Shown here: in pieces, positions 51,305-61,126 of the stretch | Layout of the letters: each line of letters starts with the position of its first letter | How positions within the stretch are numbered: position 1 is the first letter of the stretch | Origin: Gammaproteobacteria bacterium | GTDB lineage: Bacteria; Pseudomonadota; Gammaproteobacteria; UBA4575 | Length of the DNA: 64,000 nucleotides | Direction: 5' to 3' | Assembly: GCA_965222615.1 (NCBI GenBank) | Contig: CBDCUI010000008.1 | Span: 608,001 to 672,000, forward strand | Made by a program: the position numbers and the translations under genes | The notes under the pieces: model-generated | What the model saw: the letters and a program-made list of their open reading frames with translations, nothing else | What the model was told of the DNA's origin: nothing | Databases searched by the model: none

Positions 51305-52909
51305 ATGGTTTCTCAGTTTTGGAAGCAGTTAAAGTTCTATATGTCTCAATGCTTGGGATTGCTTTACTTATCGTTAATACTGTTTTGTGGAGGCGAAGAA
51401 AATCTGTATGCAAAAAATGATCAAGATTTGATAATAAATAAAGAAGATATTTCCAAGACTGATTTTTTATCAAAAATTTCAACTGCAAATTTACTAAATG
51501 ATGAAGGAATTCATTCTTCAGGATTTAGTGAATTCAAATTTAAAGCAAGAGATGGCCGAATATTGCGTGTATACGTATATCGTGCAACGAAGTTTGACAG
51601 CGAAAATGGGCCCATATGGTTTGTGATGCATGGTGCGAGCCGTGATGCGCAAGGTTATTTGCAAATTGCAGCGTCAATCGCTGAACGTTATCAGGCTTTA
51701 TCTATTGCAATTGAATTTTCAAAAGAAAATTACCCTAAAGGTGACCAGTATACTTTAGGGGTTACAAAGTATGGACGCGTAAACGAATATGCTTATAAGC
51801 AAGGTCGTTGGCGCAATCCTGAAGAATTTTTGTATATTGAATTAGAGAGAGTGTTTTTGGCATTAATTTCTAAGCTAAACGGACATCAACAAGGCTATTT
51901 TGTTTTTGGGCATAGTGCTGGTGCGCAATTTACCCATCGCTTAATTACATTTAATCGTTATGCAAGTGTTGTTCATGCTGTTGCAGCAAATTCTGGGTGG
52001 TATACCTTGCCATTGTTTGAATTGGGCAAACAATATGCATTGCCTTATGGTTTGCGTGGAAGCCCTCTATCTCAATCAGATGTCAAAGAAATATTTAGTA
52101 AGAATCTTACTATTTTAGTAGGCACAGAGGATACTAAATCGCATCGTGAAGATGCACTTTTGAGGCACACGAGTGAGGCGATGACACAGGGTAAAACGCG
52201 TTATGAACGTGGTTTAAATTATTTCAACATCAGCAAGCGACATGCAACATCCTTGCAATCGGATTTTGTTTGGCGATTAGCTTATGCCCCAGGGGCCGGT
52301 CATAAGGCAAGAGAGGTCATGGCATCGGCTGCATTTCTAATGTTTTCTAAGGGTCAAACAGCTTGTAAGCCTTCGGCTTTTAAAAGTAGTGATTCGTTGC
52401 AGTTTAGTGAAATTCTTATTCATCCTCCACGTGATGATTATGGTGACTCAAATGCTGACGGTGAGCGTAGTGCAATAGAAGATGAATTTATTGAAATAAA
52501 AAATATTGGTGAATTACCAGTATGTTTGACAGGTTGGAAATTGGAGGATGGTCACGGCCGAGGAGGACATTTGTTTCCAATTGGATCTGCACTTAATCCG
52601 GGTGAAATGGTTGTGGTTTTTGGTGGGGGTATTCCAACTGGTAATTTTGGAAATTCTGAAGTTTACACGGCCAGTTCTAGTAGCGGCCTAAATTTAACAA
52701 ATAAAGGTGACAAAATCACACTGAAGGATTTGAATAATACAATTGTGAATCAAGTTTCTTGGGGGAATTGTGCAGGACTACACTGTGCAGATGAACATAT
52801 TGCATTGGATAAAAATTCATTAGGTTCTGTAGTAAATAACAAAAAAGAGAATAGTAATTGGCAAACACATTCGGAAATATCAAATCTACAGTTTTCACCA
52901 GGATTTTGA
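51305..52909 (+). CDS. Exported PahZ1-like hydrolase with C-terminal lamin-tail-like domain
   Basis: FVMHGASR, FGHSAGAQFTHR, AVAANSGWYTLP, PYGL, LTILVGTEDT, EAMTQG..R.ERG, APGAGH; then SEIL..DEFIEIKN..LTGWKL..LNLTNKGD. Confidence 0.8.
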   Translation: MVSQFWKQLKFYMSQCLGLLYLSLILFCGGEENLYAKNDQDLIINKEDISKTDFLSKISTANLLNDEGIHSSGFSEFKFKARDGRILRVYVYRATKFDSENGPIWFVMHGASRDAQGYLQIAASIAERYQALSIAIEFSKENYPKGDQYTLGVTKYGRVNEYAYKQGRWRNPEEFLYIELERVFLALISKLNGHQQGYFVFGHSAGAQFTHRLITFNRYASVVHAVAANSGWYTLPLFELGKQYALPYGLRGSPLSQSDVKEIFSKNLTILVGTEDTKSHREDALLRHTSEAMTQGKTRYERGLNYFNISKRHATSLQSDFVWRLAYAPGAGHKAREVMASAAFLMFSKGQTACKPSAFKSSDSLQFSEILIHPPRDDYGDSNADGERSAIEDEFIEIKNIGELPVCLTGWKLEDGHGRGGHLFPIGSALNPGEMVVVFGGGIPTGNFGNSEVYTASSSSGLNLTNKGDKITLKDLNNTIVNQVSWGNCAGLHCADEHIALDKNSLGSVVNNKKENSNWQTHSEISNLQFSPGF

Positions 52910-52972
52910 ATAAAGTGGTCTTAATTTGAGAAAGCCGAGTTATAAATTTAATTAAGGATTTCGTGAAATAAT

Positions 52973-55186
52973 ATGTCATTAGATACATCAATTTCAGGCA
53001 ATGAAAAAATAATTCGCAATCAATCCATGCAACTAATGGGAAGCACTATTTTGTATGGTAGTAATGTATATCATGAAGATACAGTTCTTCTGCAAAAGGT
53101 GCAGATGGGTATTTTACGCGGACAGTCTACCACATTAGCTGGTAAAGAATTCGCGCAGGATTATTTAGATCGCTTTATTAGTAAATTGAATGTTGTGCCG
53201 GCTTATAAATTTAATACTAATTTTCTAAATAAGCTACATTCTTCTGAAGGCGCAACATTTGAGGAAACGTTGTTAGAAAGTATTTTGAATATTGAAGCAG
53301 CAATTGCATATGTTACTCATGATTTTATACCAATTGAATTCACGAAGATTGTCGAGAAGTTTTCTTCTGATGAGGTATCACTAATCTGGGAATCTCATAA
53401 TCCGATTATATCTCGTGAAGCAGCAAAGGTTGCTCTCCATGGTTTGCTTGGTCTCCTGTCTAAAGAGATATGTGCAGGGTTAAGTTTACATAGTGTTAAT
53501 TTCGAACATTCATTCTCCAAATTAAAAGAACGAGCAAAAAAATGGCAAATCTCAACTACTACTTCAGTAATTTTGATGGAGGCAAGGCAAAGAAAAATTC
53601 CATATGAGACATTGGGGGCACCATTATTACGTTTAGGACAGGGTAATAAACAAAAGATGATATATGCATCTATACCTGAAAATACTTCATTTATAGCTGC
53701 TCATCTATGTAGAAATAAACGTAAATCAAATCGATATTTGATGCAACAGGATCTTCCAGTGCCCAAGCAAATTAAAGTAAATACTGTGGAGAAAGCTATA
53801 GAAGCTGCCAAAAGATTGGGTTTCCCTGTAGTTTTAAAGCCGATAAGAGGTAAACAGGCAAATGGTGTGACTGTGGGTTTGAATAGTAGTCAGGAGATAG
53901 CTCGCGCATTTAATCGTGCTCAAACAAGTTCTACTAACGTGATTATGGAAAAATTTGTTCAAGGTGATGTGTATAGACTGCTTGTTATAAACGGCAAATT
54001 TATAGCTGCATTAAAACTTGAACCACCCAGTGTAATTGGTGATGGTAGAAAGTCTATTTCTAAATTAATTGGGGAACTAAATAATGATTCACGTAGAAAT
54101 GATATTTTACTTTATAAAGTAGAAATTGATGATGAATTATTAGAAGTAATTGCTCGTAACAAGTATTCGCTTCATACAATTTTAAAGGAAGGTGAAATTC
54201 TTCGTTTACGTTCTGCGGCAAATGCTGCAATAGGTGGTTTCCATACCGATGTAACTGACATTGTGCATCCTGATAATCAGGAAATGGCAATACGTGCCGC
54301 TAATCTAATGGGGTTATCTGTAGGAGGTGTTGACTTTATCAGCAAAGATATAGGTAGTTCGTATAAAGAAATTGGCGGGAGCATTATAGAGATGAATGCC
54401 CGCCCTGGTTTTTGTATGCATACATATCCGAGATATGGCAAAACACAACCTGTTGCTAAAGCTATGCTTGATATGGTTTTTCCTGGTGGTGACAACGGCC
54501 AAATTCAGAAACTTATAGTAGTAGGATCTCGCCGAACCAATGCCATTGCTCAAAAAACGGAAAAAATAATCCATATGAAAGGCGTTTCAGTAGGTTTATT
54601 AACAAAAAGTAAAATTTGCATAAATAATCATTACGAAAAAATCGGTAAATCTAAAACACGTGTCGCTCTATATAGGTTATTGCGAAATCCAGCTGTAGAA
54701 AGTGTAATCACAACAACTTCACCTAATCGTATTGTTGAGAATGGTTTGCAGCTTTCTCGAGTTAATATAGCAGCGATTCTGAATTCAGAAGACAGTATAG
54801 ATCCTGAAACTTATCAACAGTGTATAGAGGTAATTGCAAAGTCTAAACCAAATACGATTATATTGGATGCAGAAAATCAAGCTGCATTAAAATGTTTGAA
54901 TGAAAAAGAGCATGAAAATATTGTATTAATTGCTATAGATACCAATATTGCAAACGCTGTGCTTAAAAATAATAAGCCCAACTTAATCATTATGAGAGAG
55001 AAAAAAGATATTCATGGGTCGATTGTTATACGAAATCAAGAAAGAATTCTAGGCAAAATACTGTTGAGAGAAATTGATTGTAAGAACATAGAAGAAGTGC
55101 GTCATGTAAAAAACAAAATGTTTTCTATAGCGATGGCATATTCATATGGAATCTCAATTAAGAAAATAAAACAAGCTTTACTATAG
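52973..55186 (+). CDS. Cyanophycin-synthetase-like ATP-grasp ligase with degenerate Mur-ligase domain
   Basis: ST..I..EA..R.IP, LG.G.KQ, FPVVLKP, YRLLVINGK, V.GDG..I..LI..N.D.RR, DVTD.VHP.N, GVDFI, IEMNARPGF.MH; Mur P-loop reads GSRRTNA. Confidence 0.82.
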   Translation: MSLDTSISGNEKIIRNQSMQLMGSTILYGSNVYHEDTVLLQKVQMGILRGQSTTLAGKEFAQDYLDRFISKLNVVPAYKFNTNFLNKLHSSEGATFEETLLESILNIEAAIAYVTHDFIPIEFTKIVEKFSSDEVSLIWESHNPIISREAAKVALHGLLGLLSKEICAGLSLHSVNFEHSFSKLKERAKKWQISTTTSVILMEARQRKIPYETLGAPLLRLGQGNKQKMIYASIPENTSFIAAHLCRNKRKSNRYLMQQDLPVPKQIKVNTVEKAIEAAKRLGFPVVLKPIRGKQANGVTVGLNSSQEIARAFNRAQTSSTNVIMEKFVQGDVYRLLVINGKFIAALKLEPPSVIGDGRKSISKLIGELNNDSRRNDILLYKVEIDDELLEVIARNKYSLHTILKEGEILRLRSAANAAIGGFHTDVTDIVHPDNQEMAIRAANLMGLSVGGVDFISKDIGSSYKEIGGSIIEMNARPGFCMHTYPRYGKTQPVAKAMLDMVFPGGDNGQIQKLIVVGSRRTNAIAQKTEKIIHMKGVSVGLLTKSKICINNHYEKIGKSKTRVALYRLLRNPAVESVITTTSPNRIVENGLQLSRVNIAAILNSEDSIDPETYQQCIEVIAKSKPNTIILDAENQAALKCLNEKEHENIVLIAIDTNIANAVLKNNKPNLIIMREKKDIHGSIVIRNQERILGKILLREIDCKNIEEVRHVKNKMFSIAMAYSYGISIKKIKQALL

Positions 55187-55408
55187 GGATTGCTAAAGCT
55201 CTGGAATTTTTCCAAGGCTTTTAAAATAGGCAAATTAGTTCTCTAAGGTGTCAGTAATAATGTGAGAATTCACAATGTCTATGCGTACAGACTAAAGAAT
55301 GACTAACACTTCATTTTGTTCTTGCTGACCAACTTTGTGTTTGTCGCAAGCGGCTAAAGCATCGTCTACGACAGCATTAAATTCCATTTCATTAATGTCT
55401 ATGTCTTT

Positions 55409-55631
<223 letters not shown>

Positions 55632-55960
55632 GGCTTTTTATTTAGTGTAATTAGAGTAAAAAATTTAACTCAAGTATTATTTACTCCGAAAACACAAACT
55701 ATAAAGTTTGTAAGTAAACATAGGTTTACAAATAAATACGAGAAAGCAAGAAGCTAACATGATCTAACATCACAATTTATGTAATTACAAAACTGAATGA
55801 GGGATGGTGTTATAATTTGATCGAATAAGATCTATTTTTATATAAGATTGATTTTTTTCTATACTGGAAAAATAAATAGCGTAGAATAGAAGAAACGGTT
55901 TTTACAATATGAACACGCTGAGAGGGGAAAGGTTACGATCACTCTAAGCGCCAAAGGAAT

Positions 55961-56602
55961 ATGGCGATAGTCGGGAAATCTATAGGTCTGCTAGCTAGCG
56001 TTTTTGTCGCTGGGATTATTTTTTGGGGCGGATTCAATTGGTCTTTGGAATTAACCAATACAGAGTCGTTCTGCATTTCATGTCATGAGATGCAAGAATA
56101 TGTATATAAAGAATATAAGACGACTAGGCATTATTCCAATAACACAGGGGTAAGGGCTACTTGCCCTGATTGTCATGTGCCTAAAGAGTGGATTCATAAA
56201 GTAGTACGAAAGGTAAGTGCAACTAACGAGCTTTATCATAAGTTACTGGGCACTATCGATACGCCGGAAAAATTCAACAATAGACGTCCAAAGTTGGCAC
56301 AAATTGTGTGGGATAGTATGCGTGCTTCAGATTCCCGCGAATGTCGCAACTGTCATGGGCTTGAATTCATGAACCTTGAAACACAGGCTCTAGCCTCACG
56401 TACTATCCATAAACTCTCAATTGAATGGGGAAAAACCTGCATAGACTGTCACCAGGGCATAGCTCATACGCTGCCTACTGGTTTTAATAATGAAGCAGAA
56501 ATCAGCGATCAGCATGAACGAATAGAAAAACAAAATGTAGACTGTAGCCTTTGTCACGAAGGTCTGACTAAAGTCCCAGCCGACGATGGGTGGGAGGACT
56601 GA
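55961..56602 (+). CDS. napC: NapC/NirT membrane cytochrome c with a fifth CxxCH
   Basis: FWGGFN..TNTESFCISCHEM, CPDCHVP, DSRECRNCH, CIDCHQGIAH, plus CSLCH. Confidence 0.9.
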   Translation: MAIVGKSIGLLASVFVAGIIFWGGFNWSLELTNTESFCISCHEMQEYVYKEYKTTRHYSNNTGVRATCPDCHVPKEWIHKVVRKVSATNELYHKLLGTIDTPEKFNNRRPKLAQIVWDSMRASDSRECRNCHGLEFMNLETQALASRTIHKLSIEWGKTCIDCHQGIAHTLPTGFNNEAEISDQHERIEKQNVDCSLCHEGLTKVPADDGWED

Positions 56603-56655
56603 TTTGTAATGAGTTAATTCGGTTTATAGGACAGAAAAAACTGTATGCATATTGG

Positions 56656-56669
56656 TTGATTTATATCAA
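56656..56669. promoter_or_regulatory. FNR/ANR-type binding site
   Basis: Perfect TTGAT-N4-ATCAA in the spacer before the molybdoenzyme operon. Confidence 0.6.
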
Positions 56670-57096
56670 CATGAATAATGGATAATTACCACATAATTTT
56701 TAGATAAGTCTATTAAGAATGGATTGCTATAAACTTGACTACGTTGATTTATCTATATGGTTTGTTATTTGCATTATGGATAATGGTAGTGTTGCTAAGG
56801 ATGAGTGTGCATAGAACACTAATCAAATTGCTCAATATGAGAATATAGATAGGGGGGTAAAAGTATTTATCAATGTTTCTGAGTTGTGAAGGGGAGACAA
56901 GCGCATTTACAGTGCTCATTACTGTCAAAAATCCTTCCAAAATTGCGCCCATATAACATGATACTTTCTAAAATTACATCTAGGCACAAATAGATCGATA
57001 CTGATATTCAACCTAAAAAATAATACTTTGTACTTGCAAAATATGAATGTAATTAGAAACGTAACACATTAGTTTTACTTCAACTTGGAGAATAGT

Positions 57097-57753
57097 ATGG
57101 TTAGTTATCAACACACTACAATTTGGTTTATTGCTCTAGTCATGCTTGTGGTTGGTTATTTTAATGTTGCTGCAGCTGCCGATGAGGCGACTATTAAAGA
57201 AGGTGAGCTACTTTACAATCAAAACTGTGGAGTTTGTCACCAAGCTGATGCAATTGGTAAGCCTGGATTTGCACCATCACTAACCAATAAAGAATTGCTA
57301 AGTGTTGCTTCGGACAAATTTTTCGAGAGTACTATTCGCGACGGACGTCCAGGTACTGGTATGCCACCGTTTGCACATTTGGGTCGTTCTAAAGTAAAAG
57401 CCATTGTTGTGTATCTACGTTCCCATAGCAAATTACCTGAACGTTCAGCGGAAGTAGATGCACAGCCAGATGCGCATGGAGATCCGCGCTTAGGTAAGCA
57501 ATGGTATGACAATATTTGTTCGACTTGTCATGGCGTGAACGGCGATGGTTATGCAGCCGGTGCCACTGGCACAGCAATTGGCACAGAAGGTTTTTTATCC
57601 AAAGTTTCTGATGGATTCATCCGTACCACAATCAAAGAAGGTCGCTCCAATACTCGAATGCTGGGATTTTCGGGAGCAAATGGTTTGGCCAATCTAACCG
57701 ATCAAGAAATCGACGACATTATTGTATATCTACGCACCTTAGCGAAAAACTAA
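57097..57753 (+). CDS. Periplasmic diheme cytochrome c
   Basis: Signal peptide, CGVCH..GMPPF and CSTCH..RM.GF domains. Confidence 0.9.
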   Translation: MVSYQHTTIWFIALVMLVVGYFNVAAAADEATIKEGELLYNQNCGVCHQADAIGKPGFAPSLTNKELLSVASDKFFESTIRDGRPGTGMPPFAHLGRSKVKAIVVYLRSHSKLPERSAEVDAQPDAHGDPRLGKQWYDNICSTCHGVNGDGYAAGATGTAIGTEGFLSKVSDGFIRTTIKEGRSNTRMLGFSGANGLANLTDQEIDDIIVYLRTLAKN

Positions 57754-57766
57754 TGAGAGTTTAACT

Positions 57767-60496
57767 ATGAAACGTTATAAGCATACTTTTACACGACGCG
57801 AATTTTTAAAAAACAGTGCATTCATTACTGGAGCGTCAGCCAGTGCCGGTTTATTTGTCGGACAAAATCCTGAACTGGAAGCTGCTGAGCCTAGTGAGCA
57901 AGCATCTGCGAGTCGAACGACGGCTTTAGCTCAATGCCCTTATTGCGGTGTTGGTTGCGGCACCATTATACAAGTGGAAAACGGCAAGATTGTGTCTATG
58001 CGTCCGGACAAAGACCATCCTACGAACTACGGTTTGCAATGTATAAAAGGTTTAACCGCTGCCGAACCACTTTATGTCGATCGTATGGAAGGCGATTCTT
58101 ATGTACGCAAAGATGTTTGGGAAGAATGGAGCAAGCCTGGTCATGGCGATTTAGAATTTATCACCAAAAGTAAGGGTTCGTTTGACGAGGAACATTTTGT
58201 CCGTGTGCCATATCATGAGGCTTCGGAAATGGTGGCACACAAAATTGCCCATCTAGTGAAAAAATATGGTGGCAATTCTATTGCCCTGTATGGATCTGGT
58301 CAGCTCACCATGGAAGGTCAATATCTGGAAAACTTGTTCATGAAAGGTGTGCTGGGTTCTAACACCATTGAAGCCAATGCCCGTATGTGCATGACATCAG
58401 CAGTCACTGGATATTTTAAAACCCTTGGATCCGATACACCGCCATTAGCTTATGAAGATATTGAGTTGTGCGACATGATTATGCATTTTGGACACAATGC
58501 GCGCGAAGCTCACCCAATTGTTTTCTGGCGTGCTGCAGATCATAAAAAGAAAACAAACATTCCCACAGTAGTAGTCGATCCACGTCGTACTGGTACCGTG
58601 ATGGGCTACGAAGATATCAATCCCGATAACAGCGTACATGTCCCAGTTCTAAATGGTGATATTAGTTTTCTAAACTCAATTGCACATGTGTTACTGAAAG
58701 AACATGACGATGTGATTGATTGGGAATTCATTAAGGGTAATGCCACTGGCTGGGAAGAATATACACAAGGTGTGCTTAATGATTACAGTCCTGAACAGGT
58801 TCAGGATCGTATGGGCGGACCAAATCATGATGTTTCACCGGAATTAATAAGAAGAGTTGCTGCGATGTTTGCCGATGCTACACGCAAACGTCTCACACGT
58901 AGTAAAGGCAAGCAAGAACCAGACAAAGTCGGTGTCCCTGGAGGAGGAGGCTATGGTGGCGTCATCATCATGTGGGGCATCGGTTATAACCAACATATAC
59001 ATGGCCAGAATAATGTCATTTCCATTATCAATTTATTGGCCTTGACGGGTAATTTGGCCAAGCCAGGTTGTGGACCGTTTTCTATGACTGGCCAGCCCAA
59101 TGCCATGGGCGAGCGATTTACTGGCGGTTTGACTGGGAGATTACCGTTTAACATGCCATTGAAGGACGACAAGCATCGTGCACATATGGCGAAACACTGG
59201 CGTGTACCGGAGGAAAACTTAACTAATGCCATGAACTCTCAAAATCCGGGTATGGCTGTGGGCATGATGGAACGTGCATTGAGAGATGAAGTAAAAGCCA
59301 TGTTTATGGTCTACGCGACACATATAGATTTACCGGATGTTGAAAATCTAGTTCGTCCCGCGATGTCCAAGACCTTTAATGTGGTGCAGGAAATCTACCG
59401 CCACGCACCTAATAATTTATATGCAGATGTGATCTTTCCTGCCGCCACTTGGGGTGAAGTTTCTGGAATTTACATCAGTTCTGAGCGACGTCTCAACATT
59501 TGTGATCAGGCCGCGATGCCACCGAAAGGTTGTTTGCCGGATCTCGACATGGTGGTGGATAAAGGCAAGGAGATCGCTGATCTTTTAGGTATGGACGGTG
59601 AGGCAATCTTTCCTTGGAAGAAAGGCGAAAATGGATTTATCGATACCGAAGAAGTATTTCGTGATGTGATCCGTGCCTCCGCAGGCACCGATACCGACCT
59701 CACTGGAATTTTGGAAAGAGAAAAGATCGATGACATCTCTCCCTATGAGCAGATTCGGCAGTTGCGTGGTATTCAATGGCCCGCACCAACTTATGAGATT
59801 GCCAAATCCGGCGGTACCCACCGACGCTTCATGTTACAAGAGGGACAGTGGAAGAATAGGCCTTATGGTTATTTTCGTACTAAAGACGGTAAGGTTCACA
59901 TACAGTTATGCAAACAGGACTACAGTAATCGCAAAGAACTGACCGCCAAACTAATGGAATTCGGCCATAAGGAAGGTCTATATACCATCGATCATATTGC
60001 CTTATTGGAAGAAGCTCGCGATAAAGCGATCACACCCGATTTACCTGATGAAGAATTTCGAGGTAAAAATTGGCAGGAAGTTCCGGAAGATAAGTTTCCT
60101 TACTGGTTCGGTTTAGGTGTAGTGTACGAACATTTTCATACTGCCAAGTCAAACCGCAGTCCGACCACGCGACGGCTAGTACCGGAGATGTATGTAGAGA
60201 TGCATCCCGAAGATGCTAGTGATCTGGGTATAAAAGACGGTGACAAGGTACGAGTTATCACCCGACGCGGCTCATTGGAAGCGCGAGCTCAAGTAGGTAC
60301 TGATAGCTTAGTTAAGCCGTCTCGTAACGGCGTGCCGCGTGGCTATATGTTTGGTCCATGGAATCTGTCCGTGGCAGACAGTGCCGTACCAGAAAAAAAT
60401 AAGTGGCTAGCCAATCGAGTCACCAGTCGTGTGTGGGATCCAGTATCAGGTCAAGTCGATTTTAAAAAGTCGGCGGCCCGCATTGTGAAGTTGTAG
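57767..60496 (+). CDS. Tat-exported molybdopterin oxidoreductase, nitrate reductase (Nas/Nap) clade
   Basis: TRREFLK Tat motif, CPYCGVGC..C.KG 4Fe-4S, YGSGQ, NARMCM Mo-Cys, TGQPNAMG, DPVSGQ.DFK. Confidence 0.85.
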   Translation: MKRYKHTFTRREFLKNSAFITGASASAGLFVGQNPELEAAEPSEQASASRTTALAQCPYCGVGCGTIIQVENGKIVSMRPDKDHPTNYGLQCIKGLTAAEPLYVDRMEGDSYVRKDVWEEWSKPGHGDLEFITKSKGSFDEEHFVRVPYHEASEMVAHKIAHLVKKYGGNSIALYGSGQLTMEGQYLENLFMKGVLGSNTIEANARMCMTSAVTGYFKTLGSDTPPLAYEDIELCDMIMHFGHNAREAHPIVFWRAADHKKKTNIPTVVVDPRRTGTVMGYEDINPDNSVHVPVLNGDISFLNSIAHVLLKEHDDVIDWEFIKGNATGWEEYTQGVLNDYSPEQVQDRMGGPNHDVSPELIRRVAAMFADATRKRLTRSKGKQEPDKVGVPGGGGYGGVIIMWGIGYNQHIHGQNNVISIINLLALTGNLAKPGCGPFSMTGQPNAMGERFTGGLTGRLPFNMPLKDDKHRAHMAKHWRVPEENLTNAMNSQNPGMAVGMMERALRDEVKAMFMVYATHIDLPDVENLVRPAMSKTFNVVQEIYRHAPNNLYADVIFPAATWGEVSGIYISSERRLNICDQAAMPPKGCLPDLDMVVDKGKEIADLLGMDGEAIFPWKKGENGFIDTEEVFRDVIRASAGTDTDLTGILEREKIDDISPYEQIRQLRGIQWPAPTYEIAKSGGTHRRFMLQEGQWKNRPYGYFRTKDGKVHIQLCKQDYSNRKELTAKLMEFGHKEGLYTIDHIALLEEARDKAITPDLPDEEFRGKNWQEVPEDKFPYWFGLGVVYEHFHTAKSNRSPTTRRLVPEMYVEMHPEDASDLGIKDGDKVRVITRRGSLEARAQVGTDSLVKPSRNGVPRGYMFGPWNLSVADSAVPEKNKWLANRVTSRVWDPVSGQVDFKKSAARIVKL

Positions 60497-60537
60497 GTAA
60501 ACACTAGGACAAGCAAGAAGCTGTCCGCAAAGATACC

Positions 60538-61116
60538 ATGCAACGTCGGGCATTTTTAAAAACAGTTGGAACCAGCGTTGCCGCAGCGCTGCTTCCTTGT
60601 ACTTCTCATCCGACATCATCCAAAACGTCTTTACGTTATTTGCGGCCACCAGGTGCACTGCCTGAGAAAGAATTTTTAAACCATTGTATTCATTGCGGCC
60701 AATGTGGTGAAGCATGCCCGAATCGGTGTATAAATTATTTTGGACTTGAGAACGGCATCGCGTCAGTAGACACGCCCTATATCGTTCCCCGAGAGAAAGC
60801 TTGTATCTTGTGCATGAAGTGCGGCGAAGTATGTCCAAGCGGCGCGATACAAGAAATCATCCGTGAAGCCGAAGCCATTGTTGAGCAGGTCAACATGGGG
60901 CATGCCGTCGTGGATGAGAAATTGTGTTTATCGTATCAAGGCAAGACCTGCGGGGTATGCTATCGCGCTTGTCCATTGCCAGATATCGCCATACGTATAG
61001 GAATGCTCGAGCAACCACATGTGCTAGAAGGATGTGTGGGCTGTGGTTTATGTGAGCGCTCCTGTATACAAATGCCCCATGCAATAAGAATAGTTCCCAA
61101 TCGTAGCGCGGTGTGA
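60538..61116 (+). CDS. NapG/MauM-family ferredoxin
   Basis: QRRAFLK, LRPPGAL, multiple CxxCxxCxxxCP. Confidence 0.88.
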   Translation: MQRRAFLKTVGTSVAAALLPCTSHPTSSKTSLRYLRPPGALPEKEFLNHCIHCGQCGEACPNRCINYFGLENGIASVDTPYIVPREKACILCMKCGEVCPSGAIQEIIREAEAIVEQVNMGHAVVDEKLCLSYQGKTCGVCYRACPLPDIAIRIGMLEQPHVLEGCVGCGLCERSCIQMPHAIRIVPNRSAV

Positions 61117-61126
61117 GTGTTGTACG

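Noticed and set aside
52973-55186. Canonical cphA1-cphB cyanophycin locus
   Set aside because: Mur P-loop is degenerate and no cyanophycinase is present in the window
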